DNA of 64,000 nucleotides from a virus (taxonomy: Duplodnaviria; Caudoviricetes): positions 32,001 to 96,000 of IMG/VR virus record IMGVR_UViG_3300025066_000012. One strand, written 5' to 3'. A model generated the notes under the pieces. It worked only from the letters and a program-made list of their open reading frames with translations. It had not been told where the DNA came from and made no database searches. Made by a program: the position numbers and the translations under genes. Positions 49,710 to 58,385 of the stretch are shown here, in pieces (position 1 is the first letter of the stretch; the number at the start of each line of letters is the position of its first letter).

Positions 49710-49962
49710 TGTCTAGATAGTCCTTAATGAGGTCATCAAAAAACTGCCTCTTCGAATCAATAACTTTAATCTTGCTTGCCTGATTTAGCCACTCCCATGA
49801 TTGCAGAACGTCCTTAACAGGTAGCGCATAAAAATATTCCCTCACCTTGATATGAGTTTTATTATAGGTGCTTTGACATGAGTTTATCGCAATAGCGATA
49901 AGCATATTTATAACAACCTCTTTGGATAGAGGCTCTTCTTCTACAACTTCTTCATCAGACAT
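49702..49962 (-). CDS. Hypothetical protein
   Basis: First ORF after motif A copy. Confidence 0.7.
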   Translation of the reverse strand: MSDEEVVEEEPLSKEVVINMLIAIAINSCQSTYNKTHIKVREYFYALPVKDVLQSWEWLNQASKIKVIDSKRQFFDDLIKDYLDNE

Positions 49963-49999
49963 ATTCTAATCCTTTCAGCAAATACGTGGGTCCACCCAA

Positions 50000-50030
50000 C
50001 TATAGTAGGGCCGTGGGTCATATCAGAAAA
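50000..50030 (-). promoter_or_regulatory. Phage promoter motif A, copy 3
   Basis: TTTTCTGATAT-N10-CCTACTATAG. Confidence 0.75.
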
Positions 50031-50041
50031 TATTAGGATGA

Positions 50042-51640
50042 TCAATCAGCTGGCGGGCTATAGATCGTAACTTCCGTTGTCAGCAGGATTCCGCCAGAAG
50101 ATGCAGCGTTTTCTAAGGCAACTCTAACCACTTTTACTGGATCTATAATTCCTGCGCTTATCATATCTTCCTGTAAGTCTCCAACTAGCGCATCAAATCC
50201 CATCAAAACGTTGCCTGAGCTTATAATCTTTTCCATATGCAAGTGATATTCTATACCTGCGTTTTTTAGAATCTGCACAAATGGGGCCCTCATAGCTGAG
50301 GCAATCACATCACATCCAACTATTTCTTCTGTAGTTAAATTTGAATTCTCTTTAAATTCCCTTAAGGCCGGCAAGCAATGTAACAATGCTGCGCCACCAC
50401 CGGGAACTATACCTTCTTCGATAGCAGCTTTAACCGCATTGATAGCATCTTCAACTCTATCTTTTCTTTCTCTTACTTCCGCTTCCGAAACCCCTCCAAC
50501 TTTCAATACTGCTATAGAGCCGGTTATTGCTGATAGCCTCTGCCTAAGCGCAGCAATTTCATAACCCTCTAGGTTTGGCTCTTCCATCCTCATTTGCATA
50601 GACTTAATCCTCCCTGCAACATCATCAGGCGTTCCGGCTGCGTCTATGATAGTAGTATCATCTCTTGTGACAGAAACCCTCCTAGCCGTCCCCAGGTCGT
50701 CTAACGTAGCTTTATCAAGCGGGGAGCCTACCTCGTCTGTAAACAAAGTTGAATTACATACTGTCGCAATATCACCAAGTATATCACGCCTTATCTCACC
50801 AAACCCAGGAGCCCTAACCGCACAGGAAGATAGTGTTCCGCGAGCCCTGTTTAGAACCAGCGTCTGCAATGCCTCACCCTCGGTTGTCTGTGAGATAATC
50901 AATAGCGGCTTACCAGTTTCTGCAACCGCAGTAAGAATAGGCATCAATTCATAAGTTGATTTAATTCTTCCGTCATAAGTTAATATAAACGGATCTTTAA
51001 ATTCAACAGTCATTCTGTCTGTATTCGTTGAGAAGATTGGATTTATATACCCCCTATCAAATGATAGGCCCTCAGAATAAATAACCTTTGTCTCTGTTCC
51101 CGCTGATTCCTCTACTGAAATTAAGCCATGATCTCCAACAGAAGAGACTGCTCCGCCTATGATTCTTCCCAACTTTTCATCATTGTTCGCAGATATGATC
51201 GCAACACTATTTATTAAATCTTCACTAGAAACACTTTGCGCAAGATCCTTAAGCTTTGCTGAGACAACCTCAACAGCTTTATCAATCCCTCGTTTAATTA
51301 AAACCGGATTGTGTCCAGCTGCGACCATCTTTGAGCCTTCGGTATAGATAGCTTGGGCCAAAACTGTTGCAGTTGTAGTTCCGTCACCAGCCAGAGAGTT
51401 AGTAGAGCTAGCTACGCTCTTTATTAGTTCTGCGCCCATATTCTGGATTCTATCTTTTAGAACGATAGCTCTAGCCACAGTTACTCCATCCTTAGTAATG
51501 AGCGGTGGACCAAAGTCTCTATCTATTGCTGCGTGTCGGCCCCTTGGACCTAGAGTTGCCTTAACTGCGTTTGCAAGGATATCAAGACCTTCTTGCAGGC
51601 CGAGTCTTGCCTCGGCATTAAACTTAACTTCTTTAGACAT
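50042..51640 (-). CDS. groEL: Chaperonin GroEL
   Basis: AVKATLGPRGR, ITKDGVTVA, GDGTTTATVLA, KDRVEDA, GIVPGGG, GIIDPVKV; no GGM tail. Confidence 0.97.
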   Translation of the reverse strand: MSKEVKFNAEARLGLQEGLDILANAVKATLGPRGRHAAIDRDFGPPLITKDGVTVARAIVLKDRIQNMGAELIKSVASSTNSLAGDGTTTATVLAQAIYTEGSKMVAAGHNPVLIKRGIDKAVEVVSAKLKDLAQSVSSEDLINSVAIISANNDEKLGRIIGGAVSSVGDHGLISVEESAGTETKVIYSEGLSFDRGYINPIFSTNTDRMTVEFKDPFILTYDGRIKSTYELMPILTAVAETGKPLLIISQTTEGEALQTLVLNRARGTLSSCAVRAPGFGEIRRDILGDIATVCNSTLFTDEVGSPLDKATLDDLGTARRVSVTRDDTTIIDAAGTPDDVAGRIKSMQMRMEEPNLEGYEIAALRQRLSAITGSIAVLKVGGVSEAEVRERKDRVEDAINAVKAAIEEGIVPGGGAALLHCLPALREFKENSNLTTEEIVGCDVIASAMRAPFVQILKNAGIEYHLHMEKIISSGNVLMGFDALVGDLQEDMISAGIIDPVKVVRVALENAASSGGILLTTEVTIYSPPAD

Positions 51641-51760
51641 GTATTCTCCTGAGAATTAATTTATCTTATTCGCGTGGCGGATATAAACATTATACTTCTG
51701 TATTCATCCGAAATATACTATTAATATTGAATTATTTACCAGAATACGTTCGGAGGGATA

Positions 51761-52795
51761 ATGCTTACAAAATTGAATAACTTAGCTAACTTTTTAGATA
51801 ATGCTGGCCAGAGCGAGCTTGCTACCAAAGTTTGTGACCTTGCGTCTTATTGTATGATTTCTAAATATGCTGATTTAAATCCTAATAATTTCTTCTTGCT
51901 TAGCATAGACGATCCAGAGCTCGCCAAGTGGGATAAGCTTCTGCTTGAAATAGATGCTCCGTCAAAACTTGCTTATGAAATAAAGGGCCCACAAAAAGCT
52001 ATGAAGGGCATTATCACCGAGCTATTTTCTTTGAAAGCTAAATTTAATACTCCAATATCTGAAACGCAAAGAGCTGAGACTATTAAGTCTTTATCCAGAC
52101 TAACTGATCCAGAAATTGTAGTTACAGGAAAAGACAAATTATATCTTTCAAAGGATTACAAATTAGCTGCAACAAAAATAAAGCCAAAGTTTTGGGGCAG
52201 AGCACTCCCTGTCGCCGGTGGCCTTATATCAGTTGGACTAGCAGCCAAAAACATATCCGAAGCAACACATAATGCCAGGGTTATTGTCGAAAAATTACCA
52301 CTAGATAAGTATGGGCTTTCCACCAGAATGATATTCTCCCCTGCCGTCCCACTGGTAGGAAGGTCTATCTCAAAGCAAATTGAAGAAAATAAAGATAATC
52401 CAGAGAATCTACTAGAATTACTGGAGGTATCCAAGGTTATCTCAACTTTTTATATAGACTTCCTGCTAGCCCTCACCAACAGCGTAATGCTTGTTATTGA
52501 TATCTTAACCGTGATATCAGCGGCTATTGACGGACCGCTTCCAATAGCAGATGCAATTGCCGGAACAATTGGATTCATTCTAAGCTTGGGCCTTATCGGA
52601 GTTGAGCTTGGTACAGAATATCTGTCGGAGAAATACTGGTCTAAAGTTTTTGATAAAATCAGAGGAATAGCCTCAGAGAATATTAAAGCGATAGAAGAGT
52701 CTTATAGGCCAGCATCAGCGCCTGCGCCGGACACAGCCCAAGGGAAGCTACCTTTACTTTCCTCTTTTGGGAGAAGTTCTCTTCCACCAGCTTAG
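51761..52795 (+). CDS. Leader-bearing membrane/virion protein
   Basis: GGAGG SD; MLTKLNNLANFLDNAG; hydrophobic helices around IDGPLPIADAI. Confidence 0.8.
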   Translation: MLTKLNNLANFLDNAGQSELATKVCDLASYCMISKYADLNPNNFFLLSIDDPELAKWDKLLLEIDAPSKLAYEIKGPQKAMKGIITELFSLKAKFNTPISETQRAETIKSLSRLTDPEIVVTGKDKLYLSKDYKLAATKIKPKFWGRALPVAGGLISVGLAAKNISEATHNARVIVEKLPLDKYGLSTRMIFSPAVPLVGRSISKQIEENKDNPENLLELLEVSKVISTFYIDFLLALTNSVMLVIDILTVISAAIDGPLPIADAIAGTIGFILSLGLIGVELGTEYLSEKYWSKVFDKIRGIASENIKAIEESYRPASAPAPDTAQGKLPLLSSFGRSSLPPA

Positions 52796-52906
52796 CCACT
52801 CTCTCTCCCACTCTTCTCGCGAAACCTTTGCCCTATATCCATTTCTGTTTGAAAAATAAAACACAACAGCCCCTGACTCTTTTGACTCTTTTGACTCTTC
52901 TGGCAT
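52754..52906 (-). CDS. Small hypothetical protein (50 aa, not in ORF track)
   Basis: AAGGAG SD plus MPEESKESKESGAVVFYF...; overlaps the 3' end of the convergent gene. Confidence 0.5.
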   Translation of the reverse strand: MPEESKESKESGAVVFYFSNRNGYRAKVSREEWEREWLSWWKRTSPKRGK

Positions 52907-52915
52907 AACGTCTCC

Positions 52916-53449
52916 TTACTTGGTTAAAGAATACTGCCTACAGTATTCGCTCATAACAGCCGTACCGGCCTGACTAACATTCAGACAATATCCTGGGCCA
53001 TTCATCGGAATGTAAATTGAATCATTCCTTAAAAGTATCTCTGCCGGAACTCCGGTCTGCTCATTGCCCAATACAATTATTGTCTTTTCTTCAAAGTTAA
53101 ATTCATAATCATATATACTTTGAGCATCATCTGTCAGCTCTACCGAGACAATCTTATAGCCATTGGCATTACAATATGCTGTGAATTGCCTTGGATTAGA
53201 GAAGGTTTTGAAGCTCACATAATCATACAGAGATCCTGTTCTTGTATTTAGATAACTTCTGTCTGGCAGCGTTCCGATTACAAATACATCACTTATCCCG
53301 AAGCAAGCGGCACTCCTAATCATAAACGCTAGGTTTTCATCAAACAAAAAGTTAATCGTAGCAATCGCTGCTGGCAACATTATGTTGCTCTTTAGCTTTT
53401 CGTTGTATCTTTCTCGTCTAGTCTTATCCCTGTTTGTATCCAGAAACAT
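52916..53449 (-). CDS. SpoU/TrmH-family RNA 2'-O-methyltransferase
   Basis: ENLAFMIRSAACFG, VLGNEQTGV, IYIPM.G...CLNVSQA. Confidence 0.93.
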   Translation of the reverse strand: MFLDTNRDKTRRERYNEKLKSNIMLPAAIATINFLFDENLAFMIRSAACFGISDVFVIGTLPDRSYLNTRTGSLYDYVSFKTFSNPRQFTAYCNANGYKIVSVELTDDAQSIYDYEFNFEEKTIIVLGNEQTGVPAEILLRNDSIYIPMNGPGYCLNVSQAGTAVMSEYCRQYSLTK

Positions 53450-53471
53450 TTCTAATCCAATCAGTGTCTAG

Positions 53472-53654
53472 TCAACTTCTTTCTCCGACAGTTTCGAAGT
53501 CACGCTCAATATGTTCTTTAAGCTTTATCTCAACCTTATCACCGAACCACATATAAGGCTCCGCATTATAATGCGGGCCAAGATAAGGAGCTTTGCTCAC
53601 ACCAACAGTATAAAGCTTGCCAGTCTTTTTGCGCTTAAAGATTTTCATTTTCAA
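53472..53654 (-). CDS. Hypothetical protein (resembles 29551..29748)
   Basis: IFKRKKTGKLY. Confidence 0.6.
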   Translation of the reverse strand: MKMKIFKRKKTGKLYTVGVSKAPYLGPHYNAEPYMWFGDKVEIKLKEHIERDFETVGERS

Positions 53655-53677
53655 ACTCCGCTTTCATCTAATTTTTA

Positions 53678-54130
53678 TTACGGAGAGATTACCTTATAGA
53701 TTCTTCCAAACTTCACAAACTTATCCCCAGACACAATTAGTCTTGATAGTTTGATCAGAAAGTCTCCCTCCCCACTTCGGTATTGGGGATTCTCTGACTC
53801 ACGAAGAGACTCTAGTTTATCCAAAGAGTCCTTCCATTTGTCCAAGAAGTTCTCTGGACTCTCTCCGGTGGCAGCTACAAAGTAACGTCGGTAGTCGGCC
53901 AATGAAGTTGCAGAAATACCCTCCTGCTTAGACCAAGAGGCCTCATCGTCTGTAACTTTTTTAGACTTAGATGCAGTAGATAGAACTAACTTTTGTGAAG
54001 TGTCAATTACATCTGATTGCTCCCATCCATAAAATATATTAGAAACAGTAGGTGTAACGGCAACCTTCTCTTCAACATAAGAATAAAATTTGTTAACCTT
54101 ATACTTGGCTTTAAAATCAGAAAGAGCCAC
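53678..54130 (-). CDS. Hypothetical protein
   Basis: Coupled 150-aa ORF. Confidence 0.7.
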   Translation of the reverse strand: MALSDFKAKYKVNKFYSYVEEKVAVTPTVSNIFYGWEQSDVIDTSQKLVLSTASKSKKVTDDEASWSKQEGISATSLADYRRYFVAATGESPENFLDKWKDSLDKLESLRESENPQYRSGEGDFLIKLSRLIVSGDKFVKFGRIYKVISP

Positions 54131-55210
54131 TTATCCCTCCAGTGGACAAACCAGAGAAACAAGTGTCGCAGCAACTCTGTACGGGTCTGCATTTGAGTTT
54201 GGTCGCCTATCCTCAAAGTATCCGGCCCCATCATGCTTCACATGATGGGGGATTCGGACAGATGCCCCACGGTCTGCTACTCCATACTTATATTCGTCTA
54301 CAGAACAAGTCTCATGCTTTCCGGTGAGCCTTCTCTCTAGTCCCTCTCCATAAGATTCTTTCGCCATAGCAAGAGCCTCTTCGGAACCCAAAGCCTCACA
54401 AGCCTTATTGATAACAGAAATACCACCAGCCTCCCGCATGGTCTTTGTGCTAAAGTTAGAATGCATACCACTTCCGTTCCAGTCGCCCTCTAAAGGCTTC
54501 GGGTCAAAAGTAATCCCAACCTCTTGTAGCTCACAAATTCTTTGCAGAATGAATCGAGAAACCCATAGATGGTCGCAGGCTTGAAGCGTGTTAATTCCCG
54601 GCCCACCGACCTGATACTCCCACTGCCCCAATGCAACCTCTGCATTAACTCCAACAATAGAGAGCCCAGAACTAATACAAGCATTCAGATGTAACTCTGC
54701 AAGATTTCTTCCGACCACATTATCTGTGCCAACTGAGCAGTAATACTGTCCCTGCCCTTTTAAATCCTCTTTGTGCCCAAAGATTCCGCCGTCTTTGGTC
54801 ATAAAGTATTCTTGCTCAAAGCCAATAACAGGCTCTGTCGCATGATGCTTTATCATTTCATCAACAAGCTTTGCTCGATGATTTGTTTCGTGCGGAATCA
54901 TATCTAGGCCCAATACATCACATAAAACCAGCACACCATTTTCTCTGTTTGAATCTACACATGCAAACACTGGTCGAAGCACTAAGTCTGACACCTCTGT
55001 CGTTGCCTGACTAGTGCTAGACCCATCAAAGTTCCATAGAGGAATATCCTTTAGTGATAGATTCCAATTTTCATCGGAAGAAGAGATAGTTAAAATCCTA
55101 GTCTTTGACCGTAGCTTCTGAGTCTTGCCGCCGTCTAGCCACAGATATTCACACTTCAATGTTGTCTGCTTCAATGGAGGGGCTGTCGGCTCTGCTGTTG
55201 ATTGTGTCAT
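54131..55210 (-). CDS. glnII: Glutamine synthetase, type II
   Basis: EYLWLDG, LRSKTR, WNFDGSST, GFEQEY, NAEV..GQWEYQVG, DWNGSGMH.NFST, RLTGKHET, YFEDRRP.SNADPY. Confidence 0.95.
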   Translation of the reverse strand: MTQSTAEPTAPPLKQTTLKCEYLWLDGGKTQKLRSKTRILTISSSDENWNLSLKDIPLWNFDGSSTSQATTEVSDLVLRPVFACVDSNRENGVLVLCDVLGLDMIPHETNHRAKLVDEMIKHHATEPVIGFEQEYFMTKDGGIFGHKEDLKGQGQYYCSVGTDNVVGRNLAELHLNACISSGLSIVGVNAEVALGQWEYQVGGPGINTLQACDHLWVSRFILQRICELQEVGITFDPKPLEGDWNGSGMHSNFSTKTMREAGGISVINKACEALGSEEALAMAKESYGEGLERRLTGKHETCSVDEYKYGVADRGASVRIPHHVKHDGAGYFEDRRPNSNADPYRVAATLVSLVCPLEG

Positions 55211-55223
55211 TGTTATTCCTGTA

Positions 55224-56099
55224 TTATAGATTTATAAACGTTTTTTCATACTTATCTATAGACGACTCACTCAACATAGAGTTGAATCCCATAGATTCAA
55301 AATCGTCTGTTATGCTAGCCATATCTAGCATAGATTTTGTAATAATTATTCTACTCTCTTCGTCTTTAAGGTCAATAAATTTTATTAAACTATAGCTTTT
55401 TTCATAAGATTTTCTGAACTTATCGTTCTTCAATCTTTCATCTAGAGCGCCAGCCGTAGCCAGAATCGTTGAAGCTGTCTTTTTTCCTACGCCTCTGACG
55501 CCAGGAATGTTGTCTGCCTTATCTCCAACCATCGCCTTCCACGAAACATAATCATATTCCGTGTTCGGTCTATATTCTTTTGAGATAGGATTATACAGCC
55601 TCACTGTGTCTGGATGCTTATTCAGCAGCTGAATGAAGTCAGTATCAGAAGATATAACCACTACCTCATCATCAACGTGATGATAGTCGATTATATACTG
55701 AACCAAGTCGTCACACTCTTGGTCAGGGTGATAGACCGTTATCACCGGATAATCTTTTTGAAGCGCAGAAATAATTACTCTCTTCTGCCGATGGAAAGAC
55801 TCCCAATATTTAACAACTTCTGGATCAGATGTATCTACAGTTCTATTTCCTTTATAGTTTGGGTCGGCCAACAGCCTTGCTGCTGGCTTTCCGTCTAATG
55901 GAAAGTATACAACGTCCGGGGAGAACTGATCTATAGTAGAGCGTAATACTCTAAAGAAATTATAGACAATCTGAAACTCTCCATCAGCTGGTCCGGTATC
56001 TTTAGTTTTCTGATAACCACTCCACTGAAAGCGGCACCGATGAATCATATTGTAACCGTCTATAATTAGGACTTTTTTAGATGATACTTTTGATGTCAA
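55224..56099 (-). CDS. 5'-3' exonuclease / flap endonuclease (T4 RNase H or Pol I N-terminal-like)
   Basis: LIIDGYN..HR, YKGNR, ECDD, SSDTDF.QL, GDKADNIPGVRGVGKKTA. Confidence 0.93.
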   Translation of the reverse strand: MTSKVSSKKVLIIDGYNMIHRCRFQWSGYQKTKDTGPADGEFQIVYNFFRVLRSTIDQFSPDVVYFPLDGKPAARLLADPNYKGNRTVDTSDPEVVKYWESFHRQKRVIISALQKDYPVITVYHPDQECDDLVQYIIDYHHVDDEVVVISSDTDFIQLLNKHPDTVRLYNPISKEYRPNTEYDYVSWKAMVGDKADNIPGVRGVGKKTASTILATAGALDERLKNDKFRKSYEKSYSLIKFIDLKDEESRIIITKSMLDMASITDDFESMGFNSMLSESSIDKYEKTFINL

Positions 56100-56781
56100 C
56101 AGACTTCTCCGTAGCGTCTTTCATAGTCTTTCCGCTTCCATGGACCCGGAACATAACTATGAGGTTTTTTGTCTTATCATTTACAGAACACAGCGTACAC
56201 GTATTACATGTAATATCCGCTTTGCCCTCTACGCCATTTCTGGCAGGACACAGAACTGCTCGCTTGCCCATAAACCCAAAGCTCTTTGGAATGTTACTTC
56301 CAGATACAGCCAGCGTTGTAGACCATCCGGCGGCGACCGCATCCTCTACGTCTTTAACAGTATTACACGATGCCCTAAACCACTTCTTTAGTGGAGCAGA
56401 ATAGCCTTCCCTCCAAGCATGTGTATATCCGATGTTAATCAATCCAGCGGACTCAACCTCTTTACACTCCAAGAGTGTGCCGGGAACATCGCCAACGATA
56501 TCTCCTGCCACTCTATGTCGAGCCACCCTTGCGCTCTTATCCATCTTCTTCAAGGCTTCGGTAAGAGTCTTAGCCTTAAGCTTTCCATTCTCTATCTTCT
56601 TTCCAAGAATCCTCAAATAGAAAAGCCCCCAAGCATAGCATCCACCGTCCTTGAATGAACAAGAATCGGGACACGAACTAAGGGGGGAATACGATGCGGT
56701 TATCTTGCCAATCTTCTTATCCGAAGATTTAGATACCCAATGAACTAGCCTTGCCTTATTAGTCATAAATACAGCTTCCAA
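56077..56781 (-). CDS. Cys-cluster phage protein (Gp88/radical-SAM-like)
   Basis: SCP.SC...GGCYA, RHRVAGD, GYTH, CPA...TC.TC.LC, F.VHG. Confidence 0.55.
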   Translation of the reverse strand: MEAVFMTNKARLVHWVSKSSDKKIGKITASYSPLSSCPDSCSFKDGGCYAWGLFYLRILGKKIENGKLKAKTLTEALKKMDKSARVARHRVAGDIVGDVPGTLLECKEVESAGLINIGYTHAWREGYSAPLKKWFRASCNTVKDVEDAVAAGWSTTLAVSGSNIPKSFGFMGKRAVLCPARNGVEGKADITCNTCTLCSVNDKTKNLIVMFRVHGSGKTMKDATEKSVDIKSII

Positions 56782-56799
56782 TCGCGGAGATAACAGAAA

Positions 56800-56836
56800 C
56801 TAAGGATAGCCGCAGATATTCCGCGGCTATCCTTAG
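56800..56836 (-). terminator. Intrinsic terminator-like hairpin
   Basis: 14-bp stem CTAAGGATAGCCGC/GCGGCTATCCTTAG followed by TTTCTGTT. Confidence 0.75.
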
Positions 56837-56858
56837 CTATAGATTCAATCAGCAGTTA

Positions 56859-57056
56859 TTACTCAGTCAGGTTGTCGTTAAGAAACGAACGAAGAGACTG
56901 AGCCTCGCGGACTGTCATATTAACCGTATGACTCGGAATTCGCCAGTCCTCAGACCGTACAACAATCTGTAGTCGATTGCTTCCTGCCTGCTTACGAGTA
57001 TCTCCATTACGGAGGTTTAGAATTAGTGACTTAGTCTTCTTTGTCTTGTTTAGCAT
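56859..57056 (-). CDS. Hypothetical protein
   Basis: 65-aa ORF. Confidence 0.7.
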   Translation of the reverse strand: MLNKTKKTKSLILNLRNGDTRKQAGSNRLQIVVRSEDWRIPSHTVNMTVREAQSLRSFLNDNLTE

Positions 57057-57224
57057 TTAATCTTCCTTTTCAAAAATCATAATCCCCGATTTCTTAGGGG
57101 ATTTTCTGTTAATACTCTTAGGCCTAGAAGTCTTTGCCTCAGAGTCTTTCTTTACAATAACATCGCCTGTAGGCGATGTGTCCTTTAAACTATCTGTTTC
57201 ACTCTCAATTAATGTTGATTTCAT
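57057..57224 (-). CDS. Small hypothetical protein (55 aa, not in ORF track)
   Basis: AAGGGA SD; stop abuts the next ATG. Confidence 0.55.
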   Translation of the reverse strand: MKSTLIESETDSLKDTSPTGDVIVKKDSEAKTSRPKSINRKSPKKSGIMIFEKED

Positions 57225-57261
57225 CTATCCCTTCTTTTAAATGTTTCTGACGTTTCAGAGG

Positions 57262-57564
57262 TCAGTCTAACCAGCCCGACTCGTGCCCCTGCAATGATAC
57301 GATATCATTAATTGTCACAGCACAATCGCTATTTGCTGCTGTGAAATACCTGATAACATTAGCCTCTAGGTCAATTGACGTTACGATACCCTTTATTAGC
57401 TCTCCGCCCCCTGACCTTACTCGGATACAATCCCGAGACTCAAAGTCCCTAATGTGGAAGCAGTTAAACTCATCAAATGGTCGGCCACTTAGCCGACCAA
57501 ACTCTGCTCTATTACTCATCTTTTTCTCAATCGTTAGTTGTTTTCGCCTGCTGTTCGCAGACAT
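57262..57564 (-). CDS. Hypothetical protein
   Basis: ORF; start uncertain. Confidence 0.65.
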   Translation of the reverse strand: MSANSRRKQLTIEKKMSNRAEFGRLSGRPFDEFNCFHIRDFESRDCIRVRSGGGELIKGIVTSIDLEANVIRYFTAANSDCAVTINDIVSLQGHESGWLD

Positions 57565-57710
57565 TTCCGCACATCTACATGATAGCCACGGAAAGTTTGT
57601 TCATCCACAGAATTTTTAATCCTCTTTAGATGAATTTAGAATCTTCTTGCGAAGAACCTTGTGAGGCCCCGGATTAACCCGGAGCACATTCACGCCAGGG
57701 GTTCAGCGAA

Positions 57711-57741
57711 CTATAGTAGGGTTGAGAATGATATTAAAAAA
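57711..57741 (-). promoter_or_regulatory. Phage promoter motif A, copy 4
   Basis: TTTTTTAATAT-N10-CCTACTATAG. Confidence 0.7.
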
Positions 57742-57838
57742 GCAGTTTAGGCCCATTAACTTTGGTTGAATTTAATTTCAAAAACCTGCTAATATTCATC
57801 GGTAAGGCACAAATAATATAACTTATTTAGAGCAGCAT

Positions 57839-58084
57839 ATGAAGTACCTAAAATATTTTTTCCTAATACTATTACTATTTAGTATTGCAATTCCGGCGAA
57901 GCCTATCTTGGACGGTACAACGCCCAAAAATGTAACAGCAAATAATGCCTACATTTTAAAGTCCAGAGTTTCTCAGACTCCATACCATACCGATAGCAGC
58001 CCCAATGAAAAGATAGCAATTAGATCAAAAATCATAATTTCCAATCCAATTATGACAACAATTATAGCTGAGCTGCCAGATTAA
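57839..58084 (+). CDS. Small protein with signal peptide
   Basis: MKYLKYFFLILLLFSIAIPA; preceded by motif B. Confidence 0.6.
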   Translation: MKYLKYFFLILLLFSIAIPAKPILDGTTPKNVTANNAYILKSRVSQTPYHTDSSPNEKIAIRSKIIISNPIMTTIIAELPD

Positions 58085-58359
58085 CTAGAGAGATCTCCCA
58101 GATAGAATAGGACAGACTCCGACTCTCCCTCCACTAAATTTACTATTTCCCACTTAAGAGATTCTTCTTGTAAATTGTTCGCAGACTTTGGCTTCCATGG
58201 TTTTATCTTTATTTTAGATTTAATTGCATTAATTGCGTTATGCCTTCTGGCCCAAATTGCACCGACCGTTGTCCAGCTTCCACTCTTAGATAAGAACAAT
58301 CCACTGCTAGGATCTCTAACTTTAAATCCAAATATTTTTATCTTTTCTTTCTTTGCCAC
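58081..58359 (-). CDS. Hypothetical protein (resembles 25353..25571)
   Basis: FKVRDPSSGLF...W...G.IW. Confidence 0.65.
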   Translation of the reverse strand: MAKKEKIKIFGFKVRDPSSGLFLSKSGSWTTVGAIWARRHNAINAIKSKIKIKPWKPKSANNLQEESLKWEIVNLVEGESESVLFYLGDLSS

Positions 58360-58385
58360 ATCCTCTCCGGTTTTGCGCGAATGGT

